Counted from the first letter of the stretch, positions 20,243 to 30,925 are shown. The stretch: 64,000 bases of DNA from a candidate division FCPU426 bacterium (GCA_963830915.1 CAWHOE010000010.1:57089-121088); one strand, 5' to 3'. A program made the numbers and translations. Notes: generated by a model from the letters alone, not told the origin.

Positions 20243-22756
20243 ATGGTTTTGACGGATATGAACGGTTCAAAAAAACTCTTGTTCTTTCGATTGGGTCCTT
20301 TATCGCAAAAGTTCTCAATCTGGATAGCTGGATCGATTTTAGGTCTGTTGCAATTGTCCTTTCCTGGGCTGACCCTTGCGCAAGATAATGGCCGCCAACA
20401 GCTCAGTGGCTACAAGATCTACGCCATGTCCAAAGCGCCTTTATTAGGACGCCATAAAGGGTCGGCCGGGATGAGATTGGCCATCTCCCTTCCGCTGCGC
20501 AATACCCAGACCCTAAAGGATCTTCTAGCGCGCCTCTACGATCCCAAGGATCCTTTATACCGCCATTATCTCAACCCCGACGAGTTCACCTCCATGTTCG
20601 GCCCGACAAAGGATGATTATCAAGCCCTCAAGGATTTCGCGACCTTCCACCATTTGTCGGTGACCCGTACCTACCCCAATCGATTGATCCTGGATGTGGC
20701 CGGCTCCACCGAAGATGTCGAGAAAGCGTTCCATGTCCATGTGAACGATTATCTGAGGCCGGACGGCGGTGTCTTTTACGGCCCGGACCGGGAACCCTCG
20801 GTCGACCTGGACGTGCCGCTCGACCACGTGGCTGGCTTGGAGAACGAGCATCGTCCCCAACCCCGTTTTCGGCGGTCTGTTCCTCAATATAACCTTTCAG
20901 CCAGGAACGGTTCCGTTTCCCCTCGCAGCGGTGGGGGATCAGGAACGGGTGGGGAGTTCAGGGGTTATGACTATCGTAACGCCTACGCTTCAGGTGTGAC
21001 CCTTACAGGAACGGGCCAATCCCTGGCGTTGGTCGAGTTCGATGTTTACCAAGCGAGCGATATCACCACTTATGAATCAAAAGCCTCCCTACCTAACGTG
21101 AAGTTGACTAACGTTTATTTGGACAGCCTTTCCTCCTCGACCCCGATCGATTGCTCCAACGCTGATGGCAACCCCGAGGTAGAGGTAGTCATGGATATCG
21201 AGTTGGCCATTTCCATGGCGCCAGGGCTTAATCAGGTCGTGGTCTATATGGGGGACTACCAGGCTAATGTACTGAACCACATCGCTTCAGACGATACTTG
21301 CAAGCAGATCAGCTGTTCATGGGGATGGCCGGAAACTTCATCCAGCCGGACAACGGAAAACAATATTCTTTATGAATTCGCAGCGCAGGGCCAATCCTAT
21401 TTTCTCGCTTCTGGGGATGGTGATTCCAGCCCAGTCACCATCGGTGGTGTGCCAGTCACTGGCGTTGGCGCTTTCACGACCGATCCTCCTTATTCGGATT
21501 CGAATTTGGGGAATGACGATTTAGTCGACCAGACACTGGTGGGCGCGACCGATCTGAGTATGAGCGGGGGTGTGTGGTCGGCGGAAAAAACCATCAATTA
21601 CATACTGGAAGGTTGGTCCGCCACGGGAGGTTTTTTGGGCGGGACCATCCTGCATGCAGCCATTCCTTCCTACCAATCGGGCATCAATATGAGCGCCAAT
21701 TTCGGGTCAGCGACCTACCGCAATGTGCCGGATGTGTCCATGGCTGGATTGAATTGCAATGTTTATGATTCTTGTTTTGGGAATGACAACGAAGGAGGGA
21801 CCAGCGCCGCCACGCCCCTTTGGGCCGGGTTCACGGCCCTGGTAAACCAACAGGCGGCCCTGGTGGGGAAAGGCACCGTCGGTTTCGCCAATCCGGCCCT
21901 CTACTCAATCGCCAAGGGGTCGAATTATAACCTCGACTTCCACGATATCACCCTGGGGAACAACGGCAGTGTCACGCAATTCCCAGCTGTGACCGGGTTC
22001 GATCTTGCGACTGGGTGGGGCAGTCCCAATGGCCAGAATCTGATCAATGACTTGGTGGGGTTCCTTCCCACCCTGACGCCCACTTTCACCCAAACCCCTA
22101 CCAAAACCCCCACATCCACGTTTACGCTCACGCCGACCAAGACAGCGACCAATACTTTCACGGTTACCTTTACCCCGACTTGTACCGCGACCATTACTGA
22201 TACCAACACGCCGACCATGACGGCGACAACAACCGATACACCCACGATCACGGATACCATTACCTCGACTGATAGTCCGACCATCACCGCCACTCCCACC
22301 GTGACCTTGACCCCAACCGTTACTGACACACCTACCAACTCGCTTACCGTGACCGACACCTTGACATCAACCGATAGCCCCACTCCGACCAATAGCCCGA
22401 CGGTGACGAGTACATCCACTATTACTGAAACGCCCACCGCGACTCTTACCCCCACGTCAACCACCGGGCTCCCGACGTCGCCAGGCTCTTCCTATATCTA
22501 TCCCGCACCGGTTATTGGAGGCTCCGCCAATATCAGTTACAACATGGTTGGATCGGGCCATATGTATTTGCGTATCTACAACTTAGCGGGCGAATTGGCG
22601 GCGACTTTCGACGATGTCAAACCCGCCGGCCAGCAAACTAGTTTTTTGAATCTTTCGGGTTTTGCTCAAGGAGTTTATTTCTACATCCTCCAGATCCAGT
22701 ACGATTCGGGCGTTTGGGACAAACAACAACCTCGTAAATTCATCGTCTTGAGGTAG
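20243..22756 (+). CDS. Secreted S53 (sedolisin/kumamolisin) serine peptidase with pro-domain, Thr/Pro linker and CTD
   Basis: Pro-peptide YRHYLNPDEF. Catalytic EVVMD (ExxxD), SGDG, RNVPDVS, GGTSAATPLWAG, FHDITLGNN, GFDLATGWGSP. CTD IYPAP...IYNLAGE...GVYFY...KFIVLR. Start uncertain (20189/20243/20258). Confidence 0.92.
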   Translation: MVLTDMNGSKKLLFFRLGPLSQKFSIWIAGSILGLLQLSFPGLTLAQDNGRQQLSGYKIYAMSKAPLLGRHKGSAGMRLAISLPLRNTQTLKDLLARLYDPKDPLYRHYLNPDEFTSMFGPTKDDYQALKDFATFHHLSVTRTYPNRLILDVAGSTEDVEKAFHVHVNDYLRPDGGVFYGPDREPSVDLDVPLDHVAGLENEHRPQPRFRRSVPQYNLSARNGSVSPRSGGGSGTGGEFRGYDYRNAYASGVTLTGTGQSLALVEFDVYQASDITTYESKASLPNVKLTNVYLDSLSSSTPIDCSNADGNPEVEVVMDIELAISMAPGLNQVVVYMGDYQANVLNHIASDDTCKQISCSWGWPETSSSRTTENNILYEFAAQGQSYFLASGDGDSSPVTIGGVPVTGVGAFTTDPPYSDSNLGNDDLVDQTLVGATDLSMSGGVWSAEKTINYILEGWSATGGFLGGTILHAAIPSYQSGINMSANFGSATYRNVPDVSMAGLNCNVYDSCFGNDNEGGTSAATPLWAGFTALVNQQAALVGKGTVGFANPALYSIAKGSNYNLDFHDITLGNNGSVTQFPAVTGFDLATGWGSPNGQNLINDLVGFLPTLTPTFTQTPTKTPTSTFTLTPTKTATNTFTVTFTPTCTATITDTNTPTMTATTTDTPTITDTITSTDSPTITATPTVTLTPTVTDTPTNSLTVTDTLTSTDSPTPTNSPTVTSTSTITETPTATLTPTSTTGLPTSPGSSYIYPAPVIGGSANISYNMVGSGHMYLRIYNLAGELAATFDDVKPAGQQTSFLNLSGFAQGVYFYILQIQYDSGVWDKQQPRKFIVLR

Positions 22757-22759
22757 CCC

Positions 22760-23698
22760 TTGAAAACGATCGGTTGGTCCTTACTCATTCTCATACTTGC
22801 GATAGCCATTCCAGCCTGGTCCGAGCAGATCCAGGGCACGGCGGGATACGGTTTTTCTTTGGATCCGGCCTTGGGGTCGGCTAGGGCCAAGGCCATGGGT
22901 TCGGCTTTCGTGGGGGTGGCGGACGACGCCTCGGCCCTTTGGTGGAATCCAGCTGGTCTAGGACAACTGTCGGAATCCCAGTTATCAGCCCATTACAACC
23001 AGTGGTTGGTGGATACCAGCCAGGGATCGCTGCTTTTCGCCACACCCATGGAAACCGGAACCGGTCTGGGATTGGGGATCAACTATGTCAGCTTGGGTCA
23101 GTTCGAGAATCGAGCGGGCAACGGAACGCTTACGGGAACTTCCACCGCCGAGGAATGGGACATGATCGGCGGGTATGGGTTGGCATTGATTCCAAGGCTT
23201 TACTTGGGATTATCCCTTCAAGGTCATTTCGAGAGCTTGGCCGGTATCGGTGACCAAGCTTATTCAGGCGCCTTAGGCTTCTTATGGGTCGTCCAATCGG
23301 AGATCAAATTAGGTTTGAGTTTGAACGAGATCGGTTGGACCTCGAACGGCACCGCCATCTCCACGTCCCTTCGTCTGGGAGGTTCCTATGACCTGAACCT
23401 GGGAAGAGATAACCAACTTCTCTTGGCTTTGGCTGGCGAATGGGATGACGGATGTTTGGGTCGTCTGCAGTTCGGCGCCGAGGACAAACTTTTCAAAGTC
23501 CTCAGCTTGAGGGCAGGGTACCAATGGATGTCCTCCGATATGCGATTGGAAGGGACCAGCGGGTTACAGGCTGGGGTGGGTTTCACTATTCAAGGGGTCC
23601 AACTGGACTACGCCATCCAACCCTTCGGGGACCTGGGCACGGCCAACCTGATCAGTCTGACTTATCAATTCGATGCCCCGGATAAAGGCAAAAAATAG
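22760..23698 (+). CDS. PorV/PorQ-family outer-membrane beta-barrel
   Basis: Signal peptide, GSARAKAMGSAFVGVADDASALWWNPAGL, LRAGY, LDYA..PFGDLG, C-terminal ISLTYQF. Confidence 0.85.
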   Translation: MKTIGWSLLILILAIAIPAWSEQIQGTAGYGFSLDPALGSARAKAMGSAFVGVADDASALWWNPAGLGQLSESQLSAHYNQWLVDTSQGSLLFATPMETGTGLGLGINYVSLGQFENRAGNGTLTGTSTAEEWDMIGGYGLALIPRLYLGLSLQGHFESLAGIGDQAYSGALGFLWVVQSEIKLGLSLNEIGWTSNGTAISTSLRLGGSYDLNLGRDNQLLLALAGEWDDGCLGRLQFGAEDKLFKVLSLRAGYQWMSSDMRLEGTSGLQAGVGFTIQGVQLDYAIQPFGDLGTANLISLTYQFDAPDKGKK

Positions 23699-23844
23699 GC
23701 TGATTAACAATCTATCGGCTTATACAACCTGTCCCGGTGAAATTTTCCCAACCTCCTACTTCAATAAAAAATGAGCGTTCCTTGAGTTTTGGTTCTTGTA
23801 CAATGCCTTGTCTTTTCCCAAACCCCAGACATGGAGAAGCCCGT

Positions 23845-26151
23845 ATGTCAGACTCATACTCAAGAAAAGCCAAAAAACTCGTGGCTCGTATGGCCCTGCG
23901 GGAGAAAGCCCTCATCCTCACTGGCGACGGCTGGTGGAACACCTATAAGTTCGAGCGATTGGGTATTCCTTCTATATGTATGACAGATGGGCCCCACGGC
24001 CTTCGAAAGGCCCAGGGCATCGATATCACCGCCAGCGTTCCAGCCACCTGCTTTCCCACCGCCTCAGCCCTGGCCTCCTCCTGGAATACCGAATTGGTGG
24101 AAAGGGTAGGTTCGGCTTTGGGCCGGGAATGCCAGACACACAGTGTGAACCTGATCCTGGGGCCGGGAAACAATATGAAGAGGTCGCCCTTGGGCGGCCG
24201 CAATTTCGAGTACTTTTCCGAAGACCCCCTCCTGTCCGGAAAGATCGCCGCGTCCCACATCCGGGGCGTGCAAAGCCAAGGGGTGGGCGCCACCCTCAAG
24301 CATTTCGCGGCCAATAACCAGGAACATGAAAGGTTGGGGTCCAGCTCTAATATCGACGAGAGGACCCTGCGTGAGATCTATCTTCGAGCCTTTGAGATCC
24401 CTATTCGGGAGGCCCAACCCTGGGCCGTCATGTGCGCCTATAATCTCATCAACAACGTTTATGTCTCCGAGAACGAGTGGCTTTTGACCAAGGTATTGAG
24501 GGAAAGCTGGGGTTATCATGGTTTTGTGGTTTCCGATTGGGGAGCTGTCAGGGATAGGGTAAAGGGTATCCAGGCGGGACTGAACCTGGAAATGCCGGGG
24601 AGCGGTGACTACAACTTCAAGAAGATCATTCGGGCGGTTCGATCGAACCGTCTGAGCGCGGCGAAGTTGAACGAATCGGTGACCCAACTCCTGGCGGTCG
24701 TGCTCAAGGCTTGGGACAACCGGCGTCCAGCCGAGCCTTTCACCGAGTCCCGCCACCATCAATTAGCCAGGGAAGCGGCGGGAGAAAGCTTGGTCCTGCT
24801 GAAGAACGAGGGTGTCCTTCCACTGGACCCCCGCAAGGTAAAGACCATCGCTGTCATCGGTGCCTTCGCTAAGTCACCCAGGTACCAGGGGGCTGGAAGT
24901 TCCCAGGTCAATCCCACCCGGTTGGATATTCCCTATGACGCTTTGGTGAATGGCACTAATGGGAAATGCAAACTCGCTTACGCCCCAGGCTACGACGCCG
25001 AGGGGGTGACCTCCTCCAGATTGTTGACCGAGGCAAGGGCTGTCGCGAAAAAGGCGGATGTGGCTTTGATCTTTGCGGGATTACCAGATAGTTATGAATC
25101 CGAAGGGTTCGATCGAGCTTCCTTGAACCTGCCTCCCGGACACAATGATCTGATAGAGGCGGTCGCCCAGGTTCAATCCGATGTGGTTGTAGTCTTGATG
25201 AACGGCTCGGCCGTGGTCATGCCGTGGCTGGATCAAGTGAAGGCGGTGTTGGAAGGTTGGCTGGGCGGGCAGGCCTCGGGTGGGGCCATCGCCGACGTTC
25301 TCTTGGGTGCGGTCAATCCATCAGGCAAGCTGGCGGAGACTTTCCCCAAACGATTGGAAGATACCCCGGCTTTTCCCGAATTCCCCGGCCTGAACCATAA
25401 GGCCGACTACAACGAGGGACTCTTCATCGGGTACCGCCATTACGATAAAAGGAACATCGAACCCCTTTTCCCCTACGGTTTCGGCCTGAGCTATACCACC
25501 TTCGCCTATTCGAATCTAAAAGTCCAAAAGACTACCAAGGGAGTCAAGGTGACTGCGGCCATCAAGAACATTGGAAACTGTTACGGCAAAGAGATCGTAC
25601 AGGTCTATGTGAGGGAGTTATTCCCGCCTGTCATTAGACCCGATAGGGAATTGAAAGCTTTCGACAAGGTCGCTTTGAAGCCCAAAGAGTCGAAACAAGT
25701 GGAATTCATTTTGGATGAAAACGCCTTCGCCTATTGGGACATTGTCTCCCATGATTGGATTGTAACGGGTGGGCTATACGAGATAATGGTAGGCAGTTCC
25801 TCCCGGGATTTGAGATTGTCCCAGACCGTGGAGATGAAGGGGAAGCAGGCTTATCCTCAATTGAACGAGGATTCCATGCTGAAGGACTTCTTGAAACACC
25901 CAGTGGGCAAAGCCTATTACCCCACCCTGGCCAAGGCATCCGGTCTGGTCAACGCTATCGGTAAGAGGCCCAAGGGAACCAAACTGTCGGCCCAGGAAAA
26001 AGCCAACATCCAAAAAGCCGAAAAGGCATTGATGTCCTATGTGAACGAGTTACCGGTTAACCGTATCGGAGCATTATCTCTGGGACAATTCACCGACAGG
26101 ATGTTGGAGGATGTTTTGAGAAAGGCCCAAACCCAAAAGCGAAAAGCTTAG
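23845..26151 (+). CDS. GH3 beta-glucosidase (cytoplasmic, with Fn3-like domain)
   Basis: TDGPHGLR, GRNFEYFSEDP, KHFAANNQE, VSDWG (nucleophile), ESEGFDR, NPSGKL, FPYGFGLSYT. ATG at 23845 after GGAG. Confidence 0.93.
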   Translation: MSDSYSRKAKKLVARMALREKALILTGDGWWNTYKFERLGIPSICMTDGPHGLRKAQGIDITASVPATCFPTASALASSWNTELVERVGSALGRECQTHSVNLILGPGNNMKRSPLGGRNFEYFSEDPLLSGKIAASHIRGVQSQGVGATLKHFAANNQEHERLGSSSNIDERTLREIYLRAFEIPIREAQPWAVMCAYNLINNVYVSENEWLLTKVLRESWGYHGFVVSDWGAVRDRVKGIQAGLNLEMPGSGDYNFKKIIRAVRSNRLSAAKLNESVTQLLAVVLKAWDNRRPAEPFTESRHHQLAREAAGESLVLLKNEGVLPLDPRKVKTIAVIGAFAKSPRYQGAGSSQVNPTRLDIPYDALVNGTNGKCKLAYAPGYDAEGVTSSRLLTEARAVAKKADVALIFAGLPDSYESEGFDRASLNLPPGHNDLIEAVAQVQSDVVVVLMNGSAVVMPWLDQVKAVLEGWLGGQASGGAIADVLLGAVNPSGKLAETFPKRLEDTPAFPEFPGLNHKADYNEGLFIGYRHYDKRNIEPLFPYGFGLSYTTFAYSNLKVQKTTKGVKVTAAIKNIGNCYGKEIVQVYVRELFPPVIRPDRELKAFDKVALKPKESKQVEFILDENAFAYWDIVSHDWIVTGGLYEIMVGSSSRDLRLSQTVEMKGKQAYPQLNEDSMLKDFLKHPVGKAYYPTLAKASGLVNAIGKRPKGTKLSAQEKANIQKAEKALMSYVNELPVNRIGALSLGQFTDRMLEDVLRKAQTQKRKA

Positions 26152-26251
26152 TGAGGATATTGGCGAATTCGACCGAGTTTTTTTCAGCATACGAATGCCG
26201 GATCTTGCGAGTCCGAGATCCGGCTTCTCTGAAATTCAGTATTTATATACC

Positions 26252-27154
26252 TTACGGCATTTCGGGTGCGTAGCTGACGGCCGGGAAAGGGTTGGGAATA
26301 GGCCTCTCGACGAATCCGTAGAAGATGACCACGGCTTGCGAGGGTTGGTACATCCCGGTGTCGTAAGTGAAGGCCACCTGGATCGTTGGGTTTGATTCCC
26401 GTTCGCCCATGCCGGTGCCGGCTTGTTCCTTCGATTTATGGACTTTCACCGCCCGTTCTGGGGCCCCCATCGGGCATTGAGGTACCGCCATCGACTCACA
26501 AGCTGGAGCTTCCAGTGATTTTTCATCACGTTCCGCCCGATAGCCTTCCAACGCCAGGGGACGGTGGGTGTTGTGATAGGAATACTGGGGATGGGCGTCA
26601 TAGTAAGCGTCCAGTTCACCCTGGTTCCAGAAGTAGGCCGCCCCGATGACCCCGCAGTTAGCCGCCAGATCCTTGCCCATCCTGTCCCCGCGCCACTTGG
26701 CGTAGGACCTGTGTTTCCCTGTGAAGAAAAAACGCCGGGCCTCCCCGCCGCTCACTTGCCAGCCGGGAATGGTGATGGAACTATAAGGGTCGATCATCCA
26801 TTTCTGACCGTCCTCCATGCCGCTTGGCTGGCCCGTGATAGCGTTGAGGCCGTCCACGGTCAGGTTCACCGCGACCCTGACCGGCAGGGGATTATAAAGC
26901 CTCACCGAATAACGCTCGTCCCGGGCGGCGCTGATATAGGGGTATCCGTCCTTGGACGACTCGGGTTTGAGGCCTTCCAAATCGCTCACGATCTCCATGC
27001 GGAATCCGTAATTTTGTAACCGGGAAAAATGCGTCAAGCCGTCGTCGTTCACGACCGCGGCCTGGTAATGTACGTCGTAACCCTTGACGGCAGCTTGGGC
27101 GAAGGGGGCCGTCATGGCTAACAGCGCTATCAGCGAAACTTTGGCTAATTTCAT
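26252..27154 (-). CDS. Secreted hypothetical protein
   Basis: ATG at 27154 after AGGAG, signal peptide ending AQA, beta-rich core (RYSVRLYN...VDGLNAITG...IPGW...FFFT...GVIGAAYF). Confidence 0.75.
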   Translation of the reverse strand: MKLAKVSLIALLAMTAPFAQAAVKGYDVHYQAAVVNDDGLTHFSRLQNYGFRMEIVSDLEGLKPESSKDGYPYISAARDERYSVRLYNPLPVRVAVNLTVDGLNAITGQPSGMEDGQKWMIDPYSSITIPGWQVSGGEARRFFFTGKHRSYAKWRGDRMGKDLAANCGVIGAAYFWNQGELDAYYDAHPQYSYHNTHRPLALEGYRAERDEKSLEAPACESMAVPQCPMGAPERAVKVHKSKEQAGTGMGERESNPTIQVAFTYDTGMYQPSQAVVIFYGFVERPIPNPFPAVSYAPEMP

Positions 27155-27388
27155 GGTGTTTCTCCTGTTCACAAAGGGTGGTAAATCACCTACCCCTATG
27201 AGACACAGGCCGGGGGAAAAAGTTCCCGGAGTACCAAAGAAAATCCCGTCGGGTCCGTGAAAGGGCTTTCGCGTCACGTTCAACGGGCGTTTTTCGAGGA
27301 AATGGATCGAATTGCCATGCGCACTTAAAAGGATATGCATAGAATAACGGGCCGCATCAGTTGAAAAATCCTTGAAAGGACAACGAAC

Positions 27389-29161
27389 ATGAAAAAGATC
27401 CTCCTCGCGCTATATCTTTTATTTCCCGCTCTATCCGCCTGGGCCGGTAACTACAAAAATTTCGAGGTCTCGGTCTATGTCGTCGCCTCCGATGTTGAAA
27501 AAATGAAGGACCGGGTCTGGTTAGAGGCTCAATGGGCCAAGGTGACGGACGGCCTGAAGGTGGACAAGGTCTATCTGGAAACCTACCGGGAAGAGACCAG
27601 GAGTGATCAGGAGGCCATCGACGTTGCCAAGGCCTTCTTCAAGGAAAAGGGCGTCAAGACTGCGGGCGGCATCGCCACCTGCTTCAAGGGTTATCCCGCC
27701 TTCATCACTTTGTGCTACACCGATCCGGCGGATCGAAAGAAACTCCAGGATGTGGTGGAATTCACCGCCAAAAACTTCGATGAGATCATCATGGACGACT
27801 TCTTTTTCTACAACACTAAGTATCCCTCCGACATCAAGGCCAAGGGAATGAAGACATGGACCCAGTTCCGCCTGGACCAGATGACCGAGGTGGCTAAGAA
27901 CGTGCTGGTGGGCCCGGCCAAGAAGGTGAACCCCAAGGTCAAGATGGTCATCAAGTACCCCAATTGGTATGAGCATTTCCCCAATTGCGGCTACAACCTG
28001 GAAACCGAACCCAAGATCTTCGATGGAATCTACACCGGCACCGAGACAAGGGACGGCCCCAACACCGACCAACATCTGCAACAGTACCTAGGTTACGACC
28101 TGATGATGTACCTGGAGAACATCAAACCCGGCGGGAACGGGGGAGGCTGGGTGGATCCTTACGGCTGCAGGGATAAGGAACGCTATGGGGAACAGCTGTG
28201 GCTGACCCTTTTCGCCAAAGCGAAAGAGATCACCCTTTTCAATTTCCACGACATCCAGAGCCCGATGAAGGCCACGGCAAATAGTCCAGTCAAGACAAGC
28301 CTTACCGCCTATGTGGGAAGCATCTACTCGAAGGTGGATGGTTTCATCGGAAAGTTGGGCAAGCCCATTGGGCTGCTCAGCTATAAACCTTACCAATCTT
28401 CGGGCGAGGACTTTTTGAATGATTACTTGGGAATGATCGGTCTGCCGGTGGAAATGACGCCAAACTACCCTAAGGACGCTTCTGCTATTCTTTTAACTGA
28501 ATCTGCCAAGTTCGACCCGAACCTGGTGGATAAAATTAAGGAAAGCCTGCTGGCGGGGCACAAAGTGGTCATTACCTCTGGACTGTTACAGGCTTTGCAA
28601 GGGAAAGGTATTGAGGAGATCGCCGAGATCCAGCGCTACGACCGTAAGGCCCTGGTGAGGGATTTCAACATCACCAAGGGGGCCACTTACAAGGCTGTTG
28701 CCGATATCCTCATCCCCCAGGTTCGTTACCCTACCAACGATGTTTGGGAAGTTATCACCGCTCCGGTGAAGGGTGTTAGCTATCCTTTGCTTTTGAGGGC
28801 ACCCTACAACCAGAGCAATCTTTATGTGTTGACCATTCCGGACAACTTAGCCGACCTTTACAACCTGCCAACAGAGATTTTGGACAAGATCCGTGAGGTG
28901 CTGGCGGGTGACTTGCCGGTACGCCTGAAGGGACCAAGCCGGGTGGGGCTGTTCGTCTATGACAACAACAGTTTCATTGTGGAGAATTTTGCGGCGCTTG
29001 ACGGAAAAGCCGTCTCGACCCAGGTGATAGTGGATGGGAAGATAAAAAGCTTAAAGGACCTTGTGACTGGCAAAACTTTCGTGGGAAAAACCGAAGGGGA
29101 CAAATCGGTGTTTAACCTGAGGATCCCGCCAGCGGTCTATAAGGTGTTAATGGCTTTTTAA
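27389..29161 (+). CDS. Secreted uncharacterised protein, probable glycoside-hydrolase-like TIM barrel
   Basis: Signal peptide ending AWA, hydrophilic sequence, motifs YLETYR, MDDFFF, KYPNWYEH, GTETRD, GGWVD. Confidence 0.6.
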   Translation: MKKILLALYLLFPALSAWAGNYKNFEVSVYVVASDVEKMKDRVWLEAQWAKVTDGLKVDKVYLETYREETRSDQEAIDVAKAFFKEKGVKTAGGIATCFKGYPAFITLCYTDPADRKKLQDVVEFTAKNFDEIIMDDFFFYNTKYPSDIKAKGMKTWTQFRLDQMTEVAKNVLVGPAKKVNPKVKMVIKYPNWYEHFPNCGYNLETEPKIFDGIYTGTETRDGPNTDQHLQQYLGYDLMMYLENIKPGGNGGGWVDPYGCRDKERYGEQLWLTLFAKAKEITLFNFHDIQSPMKATANSPVKTSLTAYVGSIYSKVDGFIGKLGKPIGLLSYKPYQSSGEDFLNDYLGMIGLPVEMTPNYPKDASAILLTESAKFDPNLVDKIKESLLAGHKVVITSGLLQALQGKGIEEIAEIQRYDRKALVRDFNITKGATYKAVADILIPQVRYPTNDVWEVITAPVKGVSYPLLLRAPYNQSNLYVLTIPDNLADLYNLPTEILDKIREVLAGDLPVRLKGPSRVGLFVYDNNSFIVENFAALDGKAVSTQVIVDGKIKSLKDLVTGKTFVGKTEGDKSVFNLRIPPAVYKVLMAF

Positions 29162-29292
29162 CTGACGAACCTAGAGGTTAATCGCTTGACGCATTTATGG
29201 CCTGTTATGGAACAAACTTGGGATGTGGAACGTCTTATAAGTGCCAGTCAAATGGCAAAAGAGAGTTATCCATTTCGATCAAGGAGAGTTTT

Positions 29293-29613
29293 ATGAATTT
29301 GAAGAAAATCGCTGTGGCGGCTTGTATGTCCGGTATGTTGATGTTGCCGGTATTGGCGAAAGCTGATCAGATCAACTTTTCCATCAATGTAGGGAACGAC
29401 GATGAGGCCCATTTCCATTTCGCGGATAAGACCGTTCAACATCATCCGGATATCTGGAAAGCGGCCATGGCTTTGCAGAACGCGAAGCACAAACTCTGGG
29501 AAGCCCGCAAACACACCAATTTCGGCGGTCACGCCGAATCCTCCATCCAAGCCATCAACCTGGCCTTGGACGAATTGCGTCAAGCCGAGGATTTTGCCCG
29601 CGCCCATCATTGA
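29293..29613 (+). CDS. Small exported His-containing helical protein
   Basis: AAGGAG RBS, signal peptide ending AKA, HPDI..A..AL..A...FGGH....I.AI..A..EL..A helical hairpin pattern. Confidence 0.7.
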   Translation: MNLKKIAVAACMSGMLMLPVLAKADQINFSINVGNDDEAHFHFADKTVQHHPDIWKAAMALQNAKHKLWEARKHTNFGGHAESSIQAINLALDELRQAEDFARAHH

Positions 29614-29655
29614 AGAGGGATTTTGGAACGGTTGGTAAATAGCTAGTTGAAAACC

Positions 29656-29683
29656 AAGGGATGTGCCGTATAGCACATCCCTT
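29656..29683. terminator. Hairpin between convergent genes, likely terminator
   Basis: Perfect inverted repeat AAGGGATGTGC-CGTATA-GCACATCCCTT. Confidence 0.7.
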
Positions 29684-29722
29684 TATTGGGCCGAGGGAAT
29701 ACCCATAGCGTTTATCTGTGAT

Positions 29723-30925
29723 TTAAGGACTGAATATTTTTACCGTGTTATTGTCCACGATGTAAATCTTACCGGAAGGACTCAAGGATAAGTAATCAAT
29801 AGCGCCCAATGCGTGTGGCCCGGTGTTCCCCCATTGGCAAAGGTAAGTCCCGGTCGTAGTAAATTCCTCCACCCGCATATTGCTAAAGTCCGTCACATAA
29901 ACGATTCCCTTCAAGTCCACGCATACCCCGCAGGACAGGGTGCCGAATTGGCCCGGCCCGTTACCGGGGCATCCTAAATGGCAAAGATAGGTCCCTGTAT
30001 TTGTGTATTTGTAAACGCAGGAATTGTTATAGTCCGGAGTGTAAATATTCCCCCAGGTGTCACAGGTAATACCGTCCGGATTGCTCGTGTTGGTATCCCA
30101 TGAACCTTGGGTGCTCCAAGAGAGTATGAAATTCCCGTCTGAATCGAATTTTTGGATATTTTGATTGCCAGTATCCACCACGTAAATATTATTCGAGGAG
30201 TCGGCTGTGATTCCGCGGGGTGCGCTGAATTGACTTTGTCCTGAACCGGGAGATCCCCACCAAGTGAGGAATTCACCATCGCTCGAGAATTTTTGTACAT
30301 TTTCATTGCCGTCATCAATGGTATAGATGTTATCGGAAGAATCGAGGCAAAGACCCCCGAAGATTGTGAATTGTCCTTGTCCAGTGCCATAGTCTCCCCA
30401 TTGCTTGATGAAAGTTCCCCCGCTGGAGAATTTTTGGATTCTGAAATTGGCTGTGTCGGCGACGTAGATATTTCCCATGGAATCGCTGCCAATGCCGTAG
30501 GGTGAACCGAACTGTCCAGGACCGTTACCGGCCGAACCCCATTGGGTGATGTAAGTGTAGGGTAGAGCTATTGGAATGACCGTTCCGGTGGCCGTCAAGG
30601 TCGCGGTGCTAGTGGAGGTCGAAGTCTGTGTGGAACTCGCGGTGGGAGTATCCGTCGGGGTGTCGGTGAGTGGGGGAGTGGCAGTTGGTGAGGAGGTCGA
30701 GGTGGAAGTTGTTGTACAGGTTTGTGTGTTCGTAGGAGTAAAGGTGAAAACTGGGGTTTTTGTGGCGGTGGAGGTATCGGTGGCCGTGAAATTCACCGTC
30801 GCCGTGGGGGTAAATGTCGGGGTGGGACCCAAAGGCATAGATGGAACGATTACGGTCTTGGAACAACCGCATAAAACAAGACAGCCCAACAAAGACATCG
30901 AAAGAAAAAAAGATCTCTTTTTCAT
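29723..30925 (-). CDS. Lipoprotein: Thr/Pro stalk plus NHL-repeat beta-propeller (paralog 1)
   Basis: Lipobox LCGC, TPT linker, repeats WGS.G.G.GQF..P.GI..D...NIYV.D..N..IQKF. Confidence 0.9.
   Translation of the reverse strand: MKKRSFFLSMSLLGCLVLCGCSKTVIVPSMPLGPTPTFTPTATVNFTATDTSTATKTPVFTFTPTNTQTCTTTSTSTSSPTATPPLTDTPTDTPTASSTQTSTSTSTATLTATGTVIPIALPYTYITQWGSAGNGPGQFGSPYGIGSDSMGNIYVADTANFRIQKFSSGGTFIKQWGDYGTGQGQFTIFGGLCLDSSDNIYTIDDGNENVQKFSSDGEFLTWWGSPGSGQSQFSAPRGITADSSNNIYVVDTGNQNIQKFDSDGNFILSWSTQGSWDTNTSNPDGITCDTWGNIYTPDYNNSCVYKYTNTGTYLCHLGCPGNGPGQFGTLSCGVCVDLKGIVYVTDFSNMRVEEFTTTGTYLCQWGNTGPHALGAIDYLSLSPSGKIYIVDNNTVKIFSP

Noticed and set aside
21925..22464. Val/Gly-rich ORFs (VGVxV repeats) here and at 4690, 30576, 31822, 44497, 55475, 61431, 62579
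   Set aside because: Reverse-complement reading of Thr/Pro linker codons, not membrane proteins
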